From the NCBI GenBank assembly GCA_051047955.1, contig JBPGPT010000061.1:1-44617 (forward strand): 44,617 nt of DNA, written 5' to 3'. The position numbers and the translations under genes were made by a program. Under the pieces are notes generated by a model that was given only the letters and a program-made list of their open reading frames with translations, was not told the DNA's origin and did no database searches. This document shows, one piece after another, positions 12,701-27,500 of this stretch. The DNA is from Cystobasidiomycetes sp. EMM_F5. Lineage: Eukaryota. Position 1 is the first letter of the stretch. Every line of letters starts with the position of its first letter.

Positions 12701-15700
12701 AACATTCAACGCCTCTATGACCAGCGTCTTCGCCTCAGTTTGATGAGATCGAAGCAGAGTAGTGTAAATGGGCATGAGAATCTTCGGTTTTGACTCATAT
12801 ACTGCGAGGAACTGAGCGATCAGGCAGTGCGCCGCAGTTTTCGTCGTAACATCGGGCGTCTTCATGTACGACCAGCCGAGTTTGATCACGTCCTTTCGAC
12901 AATCTAGCATCACAGACCAGCGATGCCGTACGATGATAGTTGCCATGTATAGGCCTTCTATCCTCAAAGCATCATCGACAATCCCCGACGCAACATCGCC
13001 GAGAAGCCAAGGCTGCCACACTCTTGCGTGAATCATGTTCATGTATTCTGGATCAGAGATTGCCTTGTCCTCCTCACCCCGAGAGAAAGCCACTACCAGC
13101 AGAGGATTGATGAGGTATCGCAGAGCCATAGTCTTGTGAGCTGGAGCTATGCCATCGTTTGTGAAAAAGTCGATGAAACGCCGTAGGATCGCCTGCCGGA
13201 AAGGTATGTCTCGGGAATTGGCTACATGCTGGAACAAAAAGCTTGCTAGACCGCTGGTATCGACAGGCGTGCGGAAGGTGAAGACGTCGGTCATACGGAA
13301 GAGGAGATCATTGCTCAACGGCGATGGCTCGGTCTTTGTTAGATAAGCTTTGAAGATCTCCAAGAAAACAACGTCCTCCCGGACCTGCGACATATGTATT
13401 TCGCTTCTTTGTAGTAAGCGGCTCTTGCGAGTGTTTGTCGTCCACCGACTGACAAGACGATTAATGACATCTTCGTTGCCAACAAGCCAATCAGGAAGCT
13501 TGTTAGACAAGGCTAGAATTATTTTTGCGGCGTTGAGGGTGGTAAATGCCCCTTCGACAGCGTCCGTGAAGGCTGGTGCAAGAAATACGCTAGCATTGGC
13601 GGCCATATGATCTCTGAAAGCACCTGCTGAGTCGCAGAGCAGAATTTGACACAATGTCGAAGCCCACGCCTCGTCGTGAATGTTTGATACGAACAGATCG
13701 CCAGCTTCTTCAGCATACCTACAAACGTATTTGGCTAAAGGTGTTGTGAAAGGGCTTGTTTTGATCTTCCATGTCCGCTTCTCAACATCAACCACGCTGG
13801 AGCAAACGTCCGCAATGAAGGAGCTCGCCCCTGGGTATGGCAGTAGGTGGAAGACATTGATTATGGCTGCCATAACATTCATCTCACAATTTTCACTCTG
13901 GGGCGCGAGTGCCGCGATAGTGAGGGTGGATGGATCGGCCAAGGAGCGGAAATGATCGAGAAGTTTCTGCCCTATCTCGACCTTGAAGTAGTTCGGCAGA
14001 AGCTCCAACAAACGTGCAAGACTCTGGAGGCTGTCCACAGTCAATCGCTTGTGGTCGCCTAGATTGACAAGAACTGGTCTCAAGCCGCTTTGTAACAAAT
14101 CTTTCGGAAGCTTGCCTTGCTGGACGGGAAGCTTAAGGCAGTCATAGGCAGCCTCCACTACCGGTGCCGATTTTGAATATAGAAGTTTGAAATAGACCTG
14201 CAAAATCTTGGTCCGCATGGTATTGTGCTTCGGAGCCACGAAATCTGCCGAACCCATTGCAGCCGAGAGCAAGCGGATGCAAACGATACGGAGCTGCGTC
14301 AGTTGAGTGGTGTTGGCGTGATGCGGGGTCTTTCCACCAGTCAATGCAGTGTCATCGGCGTCAGCAATGCCCAGTGCTTCTGTGAGCAAGCGGCCTAGAT
14401 TTAGTTCCATCTCTTTTGGGGGCGCGCCTTCCTGTCTGTCTTTGTCGGCCTCAAGTTCCAGCAGGGGTGGATCGAGCGTCATACAAAAGGTAATGGCATC
14501 CATATGGCCGATCTGCATTGGGAAGGCAAGCGCCCGCAGTGGCTTGGTGAATATGGGGTTCAATAATCTAGCCTTGACAGGTTGGATAAGATCAGTGAGG
14601 GTGACTTTGTTGGTCTCGGCCAGCACAGCGAACGCTTTCTGTGCTGTATGTCGGACGATCTCAACCTGACTCGCTAGTTCGATAACGAGGAATCCAATGA
14701 TGTATTTTTGCGCCTTCTCACGTTCTTCCTGGTGTTCAGACGCTTTCTCCTGATCGTTGCACGCCCGAAGGATATATAGTATGGTTCCAACGACTTGATC
14801 AACGTTACCAGGCGGATCATGTGGCATATCCTTCAGCATAAAGAGAAGAGCGCGCACGAGTTCACCTTCGTGTTGTATTAGCCACAGTTCGTCGAGAGCC
14901 ACACGGCGAACAAGAGTGTCAATACCCAGCGCTCCTCCACTCTTGCGCTGCCAATAGTGGTCGTAGCAGAGCGAACCCATTCTGATTGCGAGCTGGTGTA
15001 GAAGGGCAGCTGGCAGGTCGGATCGAGCAGGCGGATGTTCCTTGCAATATGCTACCAGGCCCTGCAGGATGTCTGCAAGTTGACCTGTAAGGCGCTTCTC
15101 ATCAGAAATTTGCGCAATCGCCAAGTTTTCTACGATCGCATCCATAAAGGCAGAAGAAAGCGGTAATGACAGCTTATTGACAGAGTCATCGAGAGGTTGT
15201 CGTGCCATTTCGGTGACAAATATGTATCTTGCGAATTTTCCGACAAAAGCAGTCGCGTCCGATTGGTACTCTTCGATGCGACAAGCTTCGAACAGTCCAC
15301 TAAGAACATCGCCGAAGCAAGTTTCTTGATCACCGGAGGAGAGCGTGTCTTTCAGAAAGGTGACAGCAGCATGCTTCAATACTTGATACGCTGCTTTGCG
15401 GTAATGTACATCTCCGCGACGCGTCATTCTGGTGGCCAGATTGACGATTGTAGATATAGGTGCGTTCCACTTCTTACCATCGAAGCTGAACGGAGTGGTG
15501 GCTTCATCGGTGACGTTTTTCCAAGAGAGTATCGGCGGGCCTAGAGACTTTCGGTTGCGTCCTCCAATTTTTCCAAGAATGCGGACAGTCGTATGAGCAT
15601 GGTGGTGATTGTAAGGAATGGGCCTCAGTAGTTTCCATAAAGCTGCTTGGAGTTCTGCTTGCACCGGTGCCAAAAGGGGATTCAAGAATTCCGGGGTCAG

Positions 15701-18700
15701 ATTATCAACGCATAGCTCCAGCGTCCGCAGTCCTTGGCCAATTAGATCGGGTGCAGCTTGCAGGGATAGGACAAGGGGTTTCATCAAGTATGAGAGGTAG
15801 GGCAGCAGGACGCTTAGTCGTACGGGCACCGTCAAGCATAACTCTACGAAAAGGTCTCGCTTATTCCTGTCTGATGCCGCTTCGAGGAGGTTGTTGAGGA
15901 TGGTCAGGAGGATTTCGAGCAGCGGGATGACTTCTTTGTATAGTAATTCGAAACGACCTCCACCTATACTGCGGAAGAGAACTCGAAGGAGGAGGTAGTA
16001 TCCATGCGGCTCGACCGCCTTGCTGGCAAGCTTCAAGGAATGCATGATAAAGTGTGAAAGGTGGGGCTGTAAGACTACCTCGTTTGGCTCTGGAAAGATG
16101 GTTACGGCCATGAAGGACATCTTGAATAGCCGTAGGACGATGGCGTCAAAGTCCGCATCCCCTGTACCAATTTTCTCGAGTCGTGCTCGCAAGAATCTGA
16201 AGACAATGCCAGTGAAGAGATGCGACGTGCTCCCGTCTGCGAGAATTGATTGTGGAATTGCTAGAAGCTCCTGATTTCGCATGAGCTCCTCGAGGAAGTA
16301 CGGCATGTTTGGTTCAACTACTTCCACGAACACGAGTGGGTCGATCGCCAGCAGTATTGATACAAACCCTTCCATTACCTCGTTGCGTTCGCGTACGCCA
16401 TCCGGACGCATGTGCAGCTGATAGTCGAAGATAGTCATGCAGCCGGTGATGGCCACAAACAATCGGCTGATGATATTCGTATCGGTAGTTGGGTGGTGGA
16501 GTGCTTTCAATCCGTGAACAGTCGTTTTCAGTGCAAATATCAAGTTCCGCAGAAGGAATCGAGCATCTGCACAGTGGAGAAGGGATCAGGCGGTGGCGAC
16601 TTGCGCTCATCATCTGATCACTTACCTCGTAATAGATCGGTTGCCGGCTCCACCATTGTCGCAGCGGCTGCTATAGGCTTTTGCCTCTCGACCTCCGTTT
16701 CGTCTATTGGCTCTCCAGGTGGCCTAGGAGTACCCAGCGGCTCCTTCCAACGAGTATACATGTCTCGCGTAGCTGCTACAGATTCCACCTTTGCTGTGAA
16801 TGCTTCTAATGACCGATTGAGGATGTGCACAGATTCCTCTTCATCCCCGTTATTTCGAACTACATTCTCCGTCACATTGAGTAGCAGCTTTGAACACATA
16901 GTCTGGATGGATAGGGCCAGAGTTGGGTCGTGCACGTCACACGAGTAGATGTGTATGACGCGAGACAGCGTCACAATGGACAGCTCTTCGCGAACGTGGT
17001 GGACCAGATCTGCAATCATGCTGTATGCCAATGGTCGAAGCTGTTCCCGACACGTTTGACCAAAGCCGATGAGAACTCGGTCATCCACAAGAGTATCGAC
17101 ATACGCAAGAAACGAGTGACGGAATTCGGACTGCAGGATGTGTCTGCTAGCAATCAGCAGTTCCTGGGTGAGAAGTGGCAACGTGAGTACTGTTCTTCCA
17201 AAGGGAAAGAGCCTAGAAACACGTACCCTGCGATGAGCCGCAGACTCACTCGGGCAATCCTTGAGCAATCTCACTACCACTTCAGGAATGATGTCCTTGT
17301 ACTGAACCAGAGCCTGCATGTTCATCCGAAGAAAGTAAGCCACAAATGACATAGTCTTGATCTCTGCTATAACGAGATCTGTCAAGGCCGCTCTGCGATT
17401 TGGACTTGACAGAACGGGCGTGATGCCGGTGCAGGTCTCTCCGCGGGCGAGAGCATCCTCGTGCGCTTTCCGCTGCGGAGCGGCTTGCAGCTCGAGGAAC
17501 TGGGTATACACACGGTCAAATCATCAGTACGACATAAAAACACGCATTAGGAGTGGAGGACTCACGGCAAACACCAGAGGAACGAATAGCCTAAGTTCTG
17601 TAGGAGCAACCTCCTTGTAATTTTGAAATAGAAAGACTACTGCGATGGGACATTCGGCGAGGAGTTTGAGTGATTTGATACCGAGTGGGACTTTTCGGAT
17701 GAGTTGCTGCTGTTGTAAGAGTTGTTGTTGGGCGTCTTGCATGCTCAATCCCATGTTTGTCATTGAACGAGCCGACAATGGAGGAGCGGATAGTGTACTG
17801 TCTCGCAGTGCGACTGGTGTTCCTGCATTTGTTGCGCCGGAGGCCGGTGTCGCAGCATCACCAGTCGTGGAGCCGGGATGCGGTGTGGCGACTGCATCGG
17901 ACAAGTGCGTCGAGCCTTCTGCATTGCCTATGAAATTGCCGTCTTCGTCTTCGAGCTCGAGCCCGTCTGCAAGAGCGCCGTAGCCGTCCTCGTCTCCGAA
18001 TGTCTTTGCGACGACTTCTGGCATATTCTCGTACACCTTCTTCACAACATCCAGGAATTCCGTTGCCGTTTCACCAACAACGTCCTTGTACGTTCTGTGC
18101 AGGTCAATGATTATTTTGAGTGCCAGTATCGCATTTTCTTCATTCTCGGTGTGCATGAGCTTGAGAAGCAGCTGCATGAGGTCTGCTGCTCTCGCCTTGA
18201 GCGGTTCATGGTGAACAAGGCGATGGAGCGATTCGAGAAGGAGATGTCGAGTGGAGTTGTGGAGTGCATCTGATGTGTGCTTGTGAGGCGGACTGGACCC
18301 AGATACACCCTGATTATTTGCATTTGGCGTTCCTCTTGCATTGCTGGTGGACTGCGCCAGGTCGGCCAGCAGACGTGGACGAGCTTCCGGTATACAGACC
18401 CACTGCGAGGTCGGACTTTCCCCGAGAACATGCAGTATGGCGGGCAGGAGCAGTTCTACAAAGCGTACGTACTCTACGCTTCCCTGGTAGGCTTCTCGAC
18501 TGACTTCGTCTCGCAATTCCTGAGCCGCTCGCACTTTCAGACCGAGGTCTGTATGTAGCGTAGGCGTAAGTATGCATGTAGTGTGCGTTATTGGGCGTCA
18601 TTGGGCGTTTGCGAACGCAATGTGAATACAGGATTGCCCAAGAGCAAAAACATCAGCAATTGTCCAGGGATAACACCATCCACAGCGCATCACTCGACCC

Positions 18701-18832
18701 ACCAACATTCGGATCGGTGAGCCTGTTTGCGATAGCTTCGTCCTTGCTGGCCGAGGTGCTGGCGCTTCGTTCTTGATGTCCGCTGCCGCTCGCAGTTCCA
18801 GCTGCGGACTGGCCCGCCTGGCTCCCTGCCAT
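6760..18832 (-). CDS. TRA1: Tra1/TRRAP, PIKK pseudokinase subunit of SAGA and NuA4, multi-exon
   Basis: [77 protein letters not shown]-region [34 protein letters not shown] and a FATC-like end ([18 protein letters not shown]). Start placed at MAGSQAG (18832). Confidence 0.95.
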
Positions 18833-19139
18833 CTTTAGCGAGTGCCCACGCAGCCAGCACTGACTTGATTTCCTGCTCTTGCGCGGTAATCCGCCTCGAA
18901 GCTGCTGCTCCTCGTTGCTTTTTCCTGCTATGACTTGTGGAGCATCTTCTGGGTTACCCGACTGCGATATCGGTGTGGCAGCAGTGCAGGCAATGTAAAC
19001 AGTGGTGGGGTGTATCGCAACACCGAATGTTGGCGTGGATCTGGTCAAGAGCGAGTCCACGATCAGCTATTTTATTATTGAACGGCTCAGTCTCCAGCCA
19101 ATGCTTGCCATGCTGTGACTGGGTCTCACTTGGACGACG

Positions 19140-20716
19140 ATGCAGCTCCGGACGGGCAGCGGTGTTGGCCAACTTGAGCTGGGTGAATAGCTACATTTGC
19201 AGTGGTGTTGTTGATGCAGTCAAAGTAATCTGATGCATGTGTGTCTTGATGCTCGCTCGCTGCTACGGACCAGGCCAGAAACTGTGGGACGTGCTCAACC
19301 ATCTCCGCACTCACCCTGGGCTGTACGGACCGGATGTCGCAGTGTCGTGGGCTGACGGCGAGCCAATGCTCCACAATATCGTAATCTCCACCTCCTCGGC
19401 CTCGACTACTAATCCATCGCCCATCCCACACCTCCGTCTCGTCTTCTCGGGCGATAGTCAGACTCTCCTCCTCATCGAAATCCTCAGCCAGACCCTCATT
19501 TCAAAGCTCGAGTGGGCGGGCAGGCCGCTGATAGACAGCACCTCGACCGCATACTCGAATATACAACGTCTTCTCAATGCAAAGTTCGGTCCGACATATC
19601 CCTCGACGTCCCATCCTGCGTTTGGAACAGGAACTGGTTATACACACGAGCAGATCCTCACATACCCAGGCGTCGTCTTTGGATTTCCCAGCAATTCCCC
19701 ACAGGACAGACTGACAAGAGTCATCGTATCGCGGCATGACCCTTCCGTCCCACACGCCGGGGCATTCCCAGACATCAAGCAATTGGAAAAGCTGAAGCCT
19801 ACTTTGGCTGCAGCGGGAGATGTTGACCGTGTCGAGATCATCGTGCGTACGCCTCTTTCATCATCGTGCAGTCTTGTAGCTAATGCAAGCATCGCAGCTA
19901 TCGGATGATGGCGAGACAGCCCAATTGCGAGTAGTGACTGTTCAGACCGATAAACAGGCAGAAACGACTACAAGCGAAGCAGTATGTGTCCAGATCGGAG
20001 TGACGAGTGCTGAAGACCTCTTGTGCGAGCTTGGACCTCCTCTACGTACATTCTGGAAGGAGGATGTATGCAGCCATCTATGCATCTGTTACGTTTGCCA
20101 TACTAACTTTATCACTGCGACACTAGAACCGACTAGCAATCCACTCAAAGTCAGAGACAGGGCGAGCCACATCGTCGCAGACCGACGGGCCAGCAAACGC
20201 ATACTTTGTCAACTATTTCTCGCTTGGTCTGGATTTCCTCATTGACGGCATGTCACACAAGGTGCTCAAGGTTGTCATTCACGGTAATCTGCCTGGAGAA
20301 GTAGGTTGGGCAAGATATGCGCGTTGTAGGTGGACCATTTCTACGAAAGGATCCGGGGTGAGCGCAAACAGCGAGCAAAAGGTCTGTGCGTTATATTGGC
20401 GGATCGTTATTTCCTGCTGACGAGGGAAAAGGACAGATTGATCACCTGAGAGCTGTGTTTGCAAATCAAACTGCTGCATCCAAGACCGATATCGCTGAAA
20501 TTTCGGCAACTTTGAACGAACGAGCAATGCTTTTGGATCGTACTGCCGACGTCAAAGATGGATTGAAACTAGACCGGCCGACAGGTATGTGCACGTCGAG
20601 TCGACGACATACTAAGCTAATGATGCACTTGTGATATACCAGAACTGCACGCCTTTCCTGGAGTTATCGCTGAAGTGACACAGGAAGGATGTATCGAGAC
20701 TGTCTGGATAGTGTGA
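19140..20716 (+). CDS. PHAF1 / UPF0183 (C16orf70-like) family protein, multi-exon
   Basis: Spliced MQLRTGSGVGQLELGQKLWDVLNHLR, LRLVFSGDSQTLLLIEI, FGPTYP, LTYPGVVFGF, TSAEDLLCELGPPLRTFWKED, YFVNYFSLGLDFL, KVVIHGNLPG and RYARCRW match the family pattern. Confidence 0.8.
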
Positions 20717-21324
20717 GCTCGAGCACTCCTCAGACAGACCATGTCCGTGCGCCGTGTTGGTGTTTCCTGCTGTAGTTGCCCCACTATTGCTTGTTGTCTG
20801 CATGCCTGTCAGTTTTGAGCTAATTTACGCGTTGAAAGTGAGCGGGGTATTTGTGCTGGCTGGGAAGACAACGACGAGGCTGCTCAGAACGCAGAGCATT
20901 TCAACACCGTCTGCTCGGAATAGTCACTCACACAGCAGCCATATATATATTCCAACGTCAAATCCACACTCGTTACCATCGACCGCAGCATTCAACCCAA
21001 AGCTGAGAGCGCCTGAGCCTCAACGGGTCAATATCTCAGATACTCCAGCAGCACCTCAGCCATACGAGCGTACACGGTCAACTGGACTTTGCTGAGACGC
21101 TACCCGTCGACGCGCAAAGCTCCGTCCTTCATGTCCCGTCGACAGCTCGGGTTTGGCACTTCAAACGGCAAATTCGCAGATTCCGTCGGGGAGAACGGTG
21201 TAGGATATCCTGGACGAAGAGCACCTTACACAAATAGCATCCTTGGTCTTGTGCTGGCCAGACTCAGTACGACGACCTTCACGACATTTAGAATACCCTC
21301 CCCAGAGCACCTTGCGACTCCACT

Positions 21325-24300
21325 ATGACGGACGAGAATGTGCAACCTGCTCCTCCCACCAAGAAAGCATCCTCCTTCGACACGCTCAAACGTCTCAAAC
21401 GAATTCCGCCACCACGCTTCTCCGTCGTCAGATCCAAGCACGATGGCAGTGGGAGTCGCACAGGGTCGCCGGCCAGGAGTGCGGCAGATTCTACGACTAC
21501 AATGCCATCAGTGCCGGCATCAACATCTGCAATTGCGGATGCCCCGCTCGTGCCGTTTCCCTCGTTGAATCCCGACACTCTTCCCCCTAATCCCGCGGTG
21601 ACAGCTTTCGACTCCTCTGCCAATCCAAATTCTTCTCCTTCAAAACCTCCGTTGCTCGGAACTGATGCTTCCGGACTACCGTCGCAGCCGCCCTCACTGT
21701 CATCGCCTGCAACACAATCCAACCACTCAGCGACGACAACACCTTTGCGCACAAGGCCCGATCCAACGCCGCTTACACACTCACCTCCCACTTCCACTCT
21801 GCATACCGTATCCTCATCCACTGCCTCGAATTCATCTAGATCCGGAAGCACAGTCACAGCCGGCCAATCTTCCCCGGCAAATACGCAACGCTCTACTTCT
21901 GCCTCTGGACGTCGATTGGCTGCCTTTGCTAGCAGATTCGGTTCAGCAGCCAGTGCGTCCATATCTCAAGGCTACCACGCCGCCAAAGAGGCCACTCGGG
22001 AAGCAGTCGAGAAATCTAGAGCAACAAGTCGAACATCCCCAATGAACGTCTCGGCACCTATGGCCTCCTTTCCGGATGCTGATGAAGAAGATCAGATTAC
22101 ACCTTTGGCTTCAAGTAGCGCGACTGGTGCTCGCAGAAATTGGAGAGATCGCGGAACAAATCTGATTGCTGGAGCTACAGCTAGGTTTGCAACTGCTGGT
22201 AGTGGCAGACTTGCTGGTTCCAGCAAGGCCGCTGTCCAACCATTCTCTGCGAATGCTATCACGTTTCCTCGAGATGAGAATGGTGACACTATCAGTAGCC
22301 AGCCTCATTCCACTATGGCAACGTCCACGTCATCACGTGGCAATGTGCCATTTGCACACACGCGGAGCATGTCGTTTAGCGGGTTAGGGCTAGGACTGGC
22401 ATCTCTCGGCGCGACCGGCTTGAACAGAAGTAATTCCAGGTCTGTGAAAAACGCTTTGGGTGTCTGTGCGCCTCCTCCCGGCGCCGCTACTGGTTTGGTC
22501 TTTGGCGTGTCCTTGAATAAAGCTGCACAAAGGACCCGTCTGGCTTCATCGATGGACGGCGTCAGGGATCTGCCCATTATTTATACGGCTGTAGGTACTG
22601 AGAGCAACCTGCACAAAGCTGACCTGGAGGGCGCAGCCTCGTCAGCAAGACTTCGCAGAAGAGAAGCATGCGTATGTCTCCCTGCCGTTGCCGTGCGCTG
22701 TCTCGACTATCTAAACTACCACGGCATGGAAGAGGAAGGATTATACCGGACATCGGGCGGCAGTGCTGCTGTTAACAATCTCGCGGCCATCTTCGACTCC
22801 GGAAGAGACTTGGACATCCTCGGTACAGTTTCCACAAGGGACTTAGAGCCTTCCGCTGTCGCTTCTGTCTTCAAGCGCCTATTCCTGCAGCTTCCTGCTG
22901 GACTACTTTGTAATATTGAAGCCGATCTCAGCGGACGGCTGATTGAAGCCGGGGCAGATGGTAAAAATCCTGTCTCGTCTGTCGATCCCGTTATGGCTGG
23001 CAAGGCTAAGGCACTCATGATTGAGCGACTGCCGATACAAAATCTGATTCTGCTGAGGGAACTGGGTCAGTAGCCGCGGACACCGCAGTATCTGACACGT
23101 GTGCTGATGCAGCTCCTTTACAGCGTTTCATCTAGCTCATCTAACAACATGCTCAAAGAAGACCAAAATGGATCTCAGAAACTTCCAGCTCATCTTGAGT
23201 CCGACTCTACGCATATCACCCAATGTGCTACACTCTCTTGTCACAGCTCGGGCACTCGTCTTTCCCGAAGCTGGAGAGCTGAACATCGAAGCTCTCTGCA
23301 AACCGCTTGAACACGCTTTGCCTCTTCCGACGGGGGACAAACCATCGCTTGCACTGAACTTACCATCGGAACGACTTGATGGACTGTCTCAGCTTACTTC
23401 CCGCGCTCGTAGCGGTAGCGGAGGCAGCGTGGGTGAAGGTGCAGGCAAGAAAAGCCGGAGGTCCAGTTGGCGATTCAGCCTCGCGGCGTCTCCTGCCGGC
23501 GATAGTCCAACAGACACGGTAAAGTCATCGTTGCACGATCATGTGGCTCGTAAACGCTCGTCTGTCTCGCTCCTGTCTCACACAAAGTCTTGGCACGTCA
23601 TCGATTTGCCAGTGTCGGCAAGACCGAGTCAGGATTCACAATCCTCAGCCGAGGATGCGCTGTATCACAAGAAGGCCGGAACAACCGATACCTCCGAAAG
23701 CGCGGGTGATGGCTTAAGTCTTGCCTCCACACCTATTGCGGCAATGTTTCTCAAAAGGAGCTTGCCAGACAGCCAGCCCTCGCCACCAATTGTTCAAGAT
23801 GTACTGGAGCATGCGCAAAACCGCTCTTCTGCAGAATCGGGTGTCGGCGTGATGCAGCGAACGCCAATGACGCGCAGCGGTCGGGACTCGCCCTCGCCGT
23901 TCTTCGGCTCAGGTGCTCCAGTGACCGCCGTCGCCGCTCCGCTCGGAAGCGTCAGCGCCAGCTTGGGTCATCGCAAAAGGAATAGTTCAATTTCACTGCG
24001 CTCATTTTCGAGCAGTCATGCAAACACTCGAGGTGGTGATGCTACTCCCACTAGCGGACATCTCATCAACGGGAAGGCTAGTAGTGTTTCACCAGAGTCT
24101 AGGCACATTCGGGAAAGCAGCGAAGAGGAGGAGGAGTTATCGAATTCGGAGACTAGTATGTCGGTCTCGTCTTCTGCTAGCGAATGCGACGGCACAAGCA
24201 GCACTGAGACTCCGATTGACGGAAGCGACAATGACGAGCCTGGTCTGTCGTACGGCAGTCTGTCTTCATTTCCCACGCTGGAAGAGCGACGTACGACAAT

Positions 24301-24388
24301 CACTCCAGATACATTTCGAGGGCTCAGCGTAGTCGAGCCAGCAGCACTCAAGGCGAGGACCAAGCGGGGAAGTATGATGTTATTGTGA
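21325..24388 (+). CDS. RhoGAP-domain protein with long Ser/Pro-rich disordered flanks (intron ~23066-23134)
   Basis: VFGVSL...LPAVAVRCLDYLNYHGMEEEGLYRTSG (arginine finger intact), AVASVFKRLFLQLP, LPIQNLILLREL and spliced KTKMDLRNFQLILSPTL. Confidence 0.85.
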
Positions 24389-24596
24389 TATTGAAATAGA
24401 TATGAGTACCTGACCGTATTTGGTTTTATATGTTGTTGGTCACACGATCTTGGTAACAATGCGCAATCCCGTATTACTCCTACATTGTGACACGAAACTG
24501 CAATGATACTGCTACCACTTCTGATGCAAGTGCGACTGCAACACTGAATCGGCTCTTGGCGCTGCATGATGTAGCGATGCGCAGGGAGCTGTGCCG

Positions 24597-27500
24597 TCAA
24601 AGATGCTGATGGGCAACGCCAGTCGGGTCCGGGGTACCTCCGTTGCTCCTGTCAATCTCGGCAGCAAGCGTGTCCCTTTTGAGCTTGCTTTCCGGCGCTT
24701 CGATAGTAGCTTCTTCTTCTGCTCGAATTTGCTTGTTCCAAAAGCCGTGATATAGACCCTTGAGCGCTAAGAGAGACTTATGATCCCCTTGCTCCGCTAT
24801 GGCACCATCTTTCATCACTAGGATCAGATCACTGTACGTAATTGTGGAAAGGCGATGCGCGATAGCGATACTGGTTCGACCTTCCGCTAAGGTCTGCAGG
24901 CTGCCCTGAATTTCACGCTCTGTTGAGGTATCAAGCGCCTATGATGGAACTGCGTCAGTTGTGATATAAGTACATCAACATTGAAACACTGACGCTCGTC
25001 GCTTCATCAAGTAGCAAGATTGCGGGATTTTTAAGGATTGTCCGAGCGATACTCACTAGCAAGCACAGTTATCAGTCATTACTGCCAACAGTAGTTCGGT
25101 GACTCACCTCGTTGCTTCTCCCCGCCAGAGAGCCGTACACCGCGCTCGCCAACTTTCGTCTCCCAAGCGTCGGGAAACCCGATGATACGATCATAGATTC
25201 TTGCTGCTTTCGCAGCGTCTTCGATATCTTCCTGTGTTGCTCCCTCTCGTCCATATCCTATGTTGTAGCGGATACTCTCATTGAAGAGCACAGCCTCTGA
25301 AGCAGTGTCATCAGCATATCCCAGACGCAAGAATGTACACGCCTACCTTGCGGGACTACTCCGATTGCTTTCCGAAGCGATATCTGAGTAACATCTCTGA
25401 TGTCTTTACCATCGAAGCGGATCGAGCCACCAGTGACATCGTAGAAGCGGTAGAGCAGCCGGAGCAAGGTCGACTTGCCAGACCCGGACTCGCTGCTCAA
25501 GAGGAGCATTAGACACGCTGGCTATACTATGTGTACATACATCGCCTACCCGACGAGGGCCACGCTGGTCCCAGGAGCGATCTTGACCGTAATGTCCTTC
25601 AAAGCAGTGACTCTACCATCGTACGAGAAGCTGACCTGTAGCATTAAGATACCTGTATTAGCGCAACACGGATGTGTTCATGGCGGGACGCTACTGACAT
25701 GATCGAACTCGATACCTCCTTTTGCGTCAACCAATTCTTCTGCGTTAGGCTTGTCCACGATCTCAGTCTCTTCCGCCAGCAATTTCATGAGATTGTCAGT
25801 ATCTGTTAGGTTCGTTTGTATGACGCGATATAAAGTTCCGAGAACGTTGAGCGCTGCGGAGACGACGGCGTAGGCTCGTAAGAATAGAGAGGCGGGAGAG
25901 GTGTAAGAGGCTACTCACGCCCGTATCTGTTCAATGGGTACGGTTCCATGTTCAGTAAAATTCGGAAGGCAGCGCAAATGAACCTACAATTGGGTAAGGT
26001 ATGTCAAAACTGTTGTGGTGTATGCAATGCCTGCGATCAGTGGTGGCTACGACTGGTACGTAAGCCAAAACCTACACATCACGAATTGCCCGACCGATCT
26101 GAGTTGAAAGAAACATAACTAAGCGCCAGTCACTGATCCCTGACGATGATCGATATCCATCGCTACTTACCGCTGTCCCTGCACTACTGAGTATGCTACA
26201 AGTAAGCTGCCCACCAGCAGTCCAATCGAGATGACGAAGTTTTGCATTAGGTTGAGGAAGTTCTGTCGACGACCATGATCATTAAACACTTCAGACAGCT
26301 CAAAGTCATATGCCGAGGGGCGTACTAGCGATGCAATGACTCTGAATTCGGCTCGCTGACTTCATGATCACAGCCACATCAGCAACGAGTCTCTATGTTT
26401 TTGCAATGAACTTACTAATCCTTCAAGGCTTCTACGTAACGGAATTGTTCACGCTGCTCGGAGGTGAAGAACTACAAGCAAAACAAAAATTAGACATTGT
26501 CGTCGACTACGGCTACGGCTGGCCTTACCTTTATGGTCTCCCAATTCGCAAGGGCGTCTGCATGTATACTAGGGCAATGCCTAAGCTTGAGCAAGGTAAT
26601 CAGACACTGTGTAAGCTTACCCCCTGGTGTACTACAGTAGCATTTCAGAAGTCAGCAAATATCTTCTGCCTGCGTATGTGCGTCTAACCTTGTCTTTATC
26701 ATTCATGTCTCTCCGTAGCTTCACCCTGCAGACACGGGGCCTGTCAGCTGATGTTCGCGTGCAATCAATCTATAGCTCCTACCGGAGGCGGGTAAGGACC
26801 ACGCTCAGAACGACATAAACCACCATGACGACAGACACTAATGATGCTAGGCTGTAGAGTACGACACCTAGTCAGTCAGAGACTCATTGTTCGACAAGTG
26901 TTTAGCTACTCACGCTAACCCAAATGTAAAGCCCAAGTAGACAATGGCCACCGTGATGTCGACTCCTATGGGAACAATCTGAAACAGAATTACTTGGAAG
27001 AACGAATTGATAGCTGAGCCTCTATCGAGCGTTCGTAGCACTTCTCCTGTCTTTTTGCGGACTTGAAAGGATAGAGAAAGATTGAGAAGGTGCGAAAATG
27101 TCATTTGTGACATTTCGCGCTCCGAGTATTGCGCTACAGGTATCCACAGAGTACTTTGGAAGACTTGCGTCAGACCGCCGCCGCCTTGCAGAAATCGCAG
27201 GAAGGCGTATATGAGAAGATGTTTCCATGGTGCTGTCATGTCAAGGTATACCATTAGCAGTAGAAAGCTTTATACGCGCGTTTTGAATCTCCTACATTCG
27301 CCGACTGTAAGGTCTTCAACGAGATGCCCCAGTGTCTGCGGTACAAACAAATTGACAACGCGGCCAACGCCGAGCAAGATAAAGCAAAACACTGAGGAGA
27401 TGATTGCGTTAGCATATGTCCAAGCAATGAGGGCGGCAAAGAGCACGAACGCGCGACGAATTGTAGAGTGCGACTCTTTTTCGGCCACAAATAGGGACTA

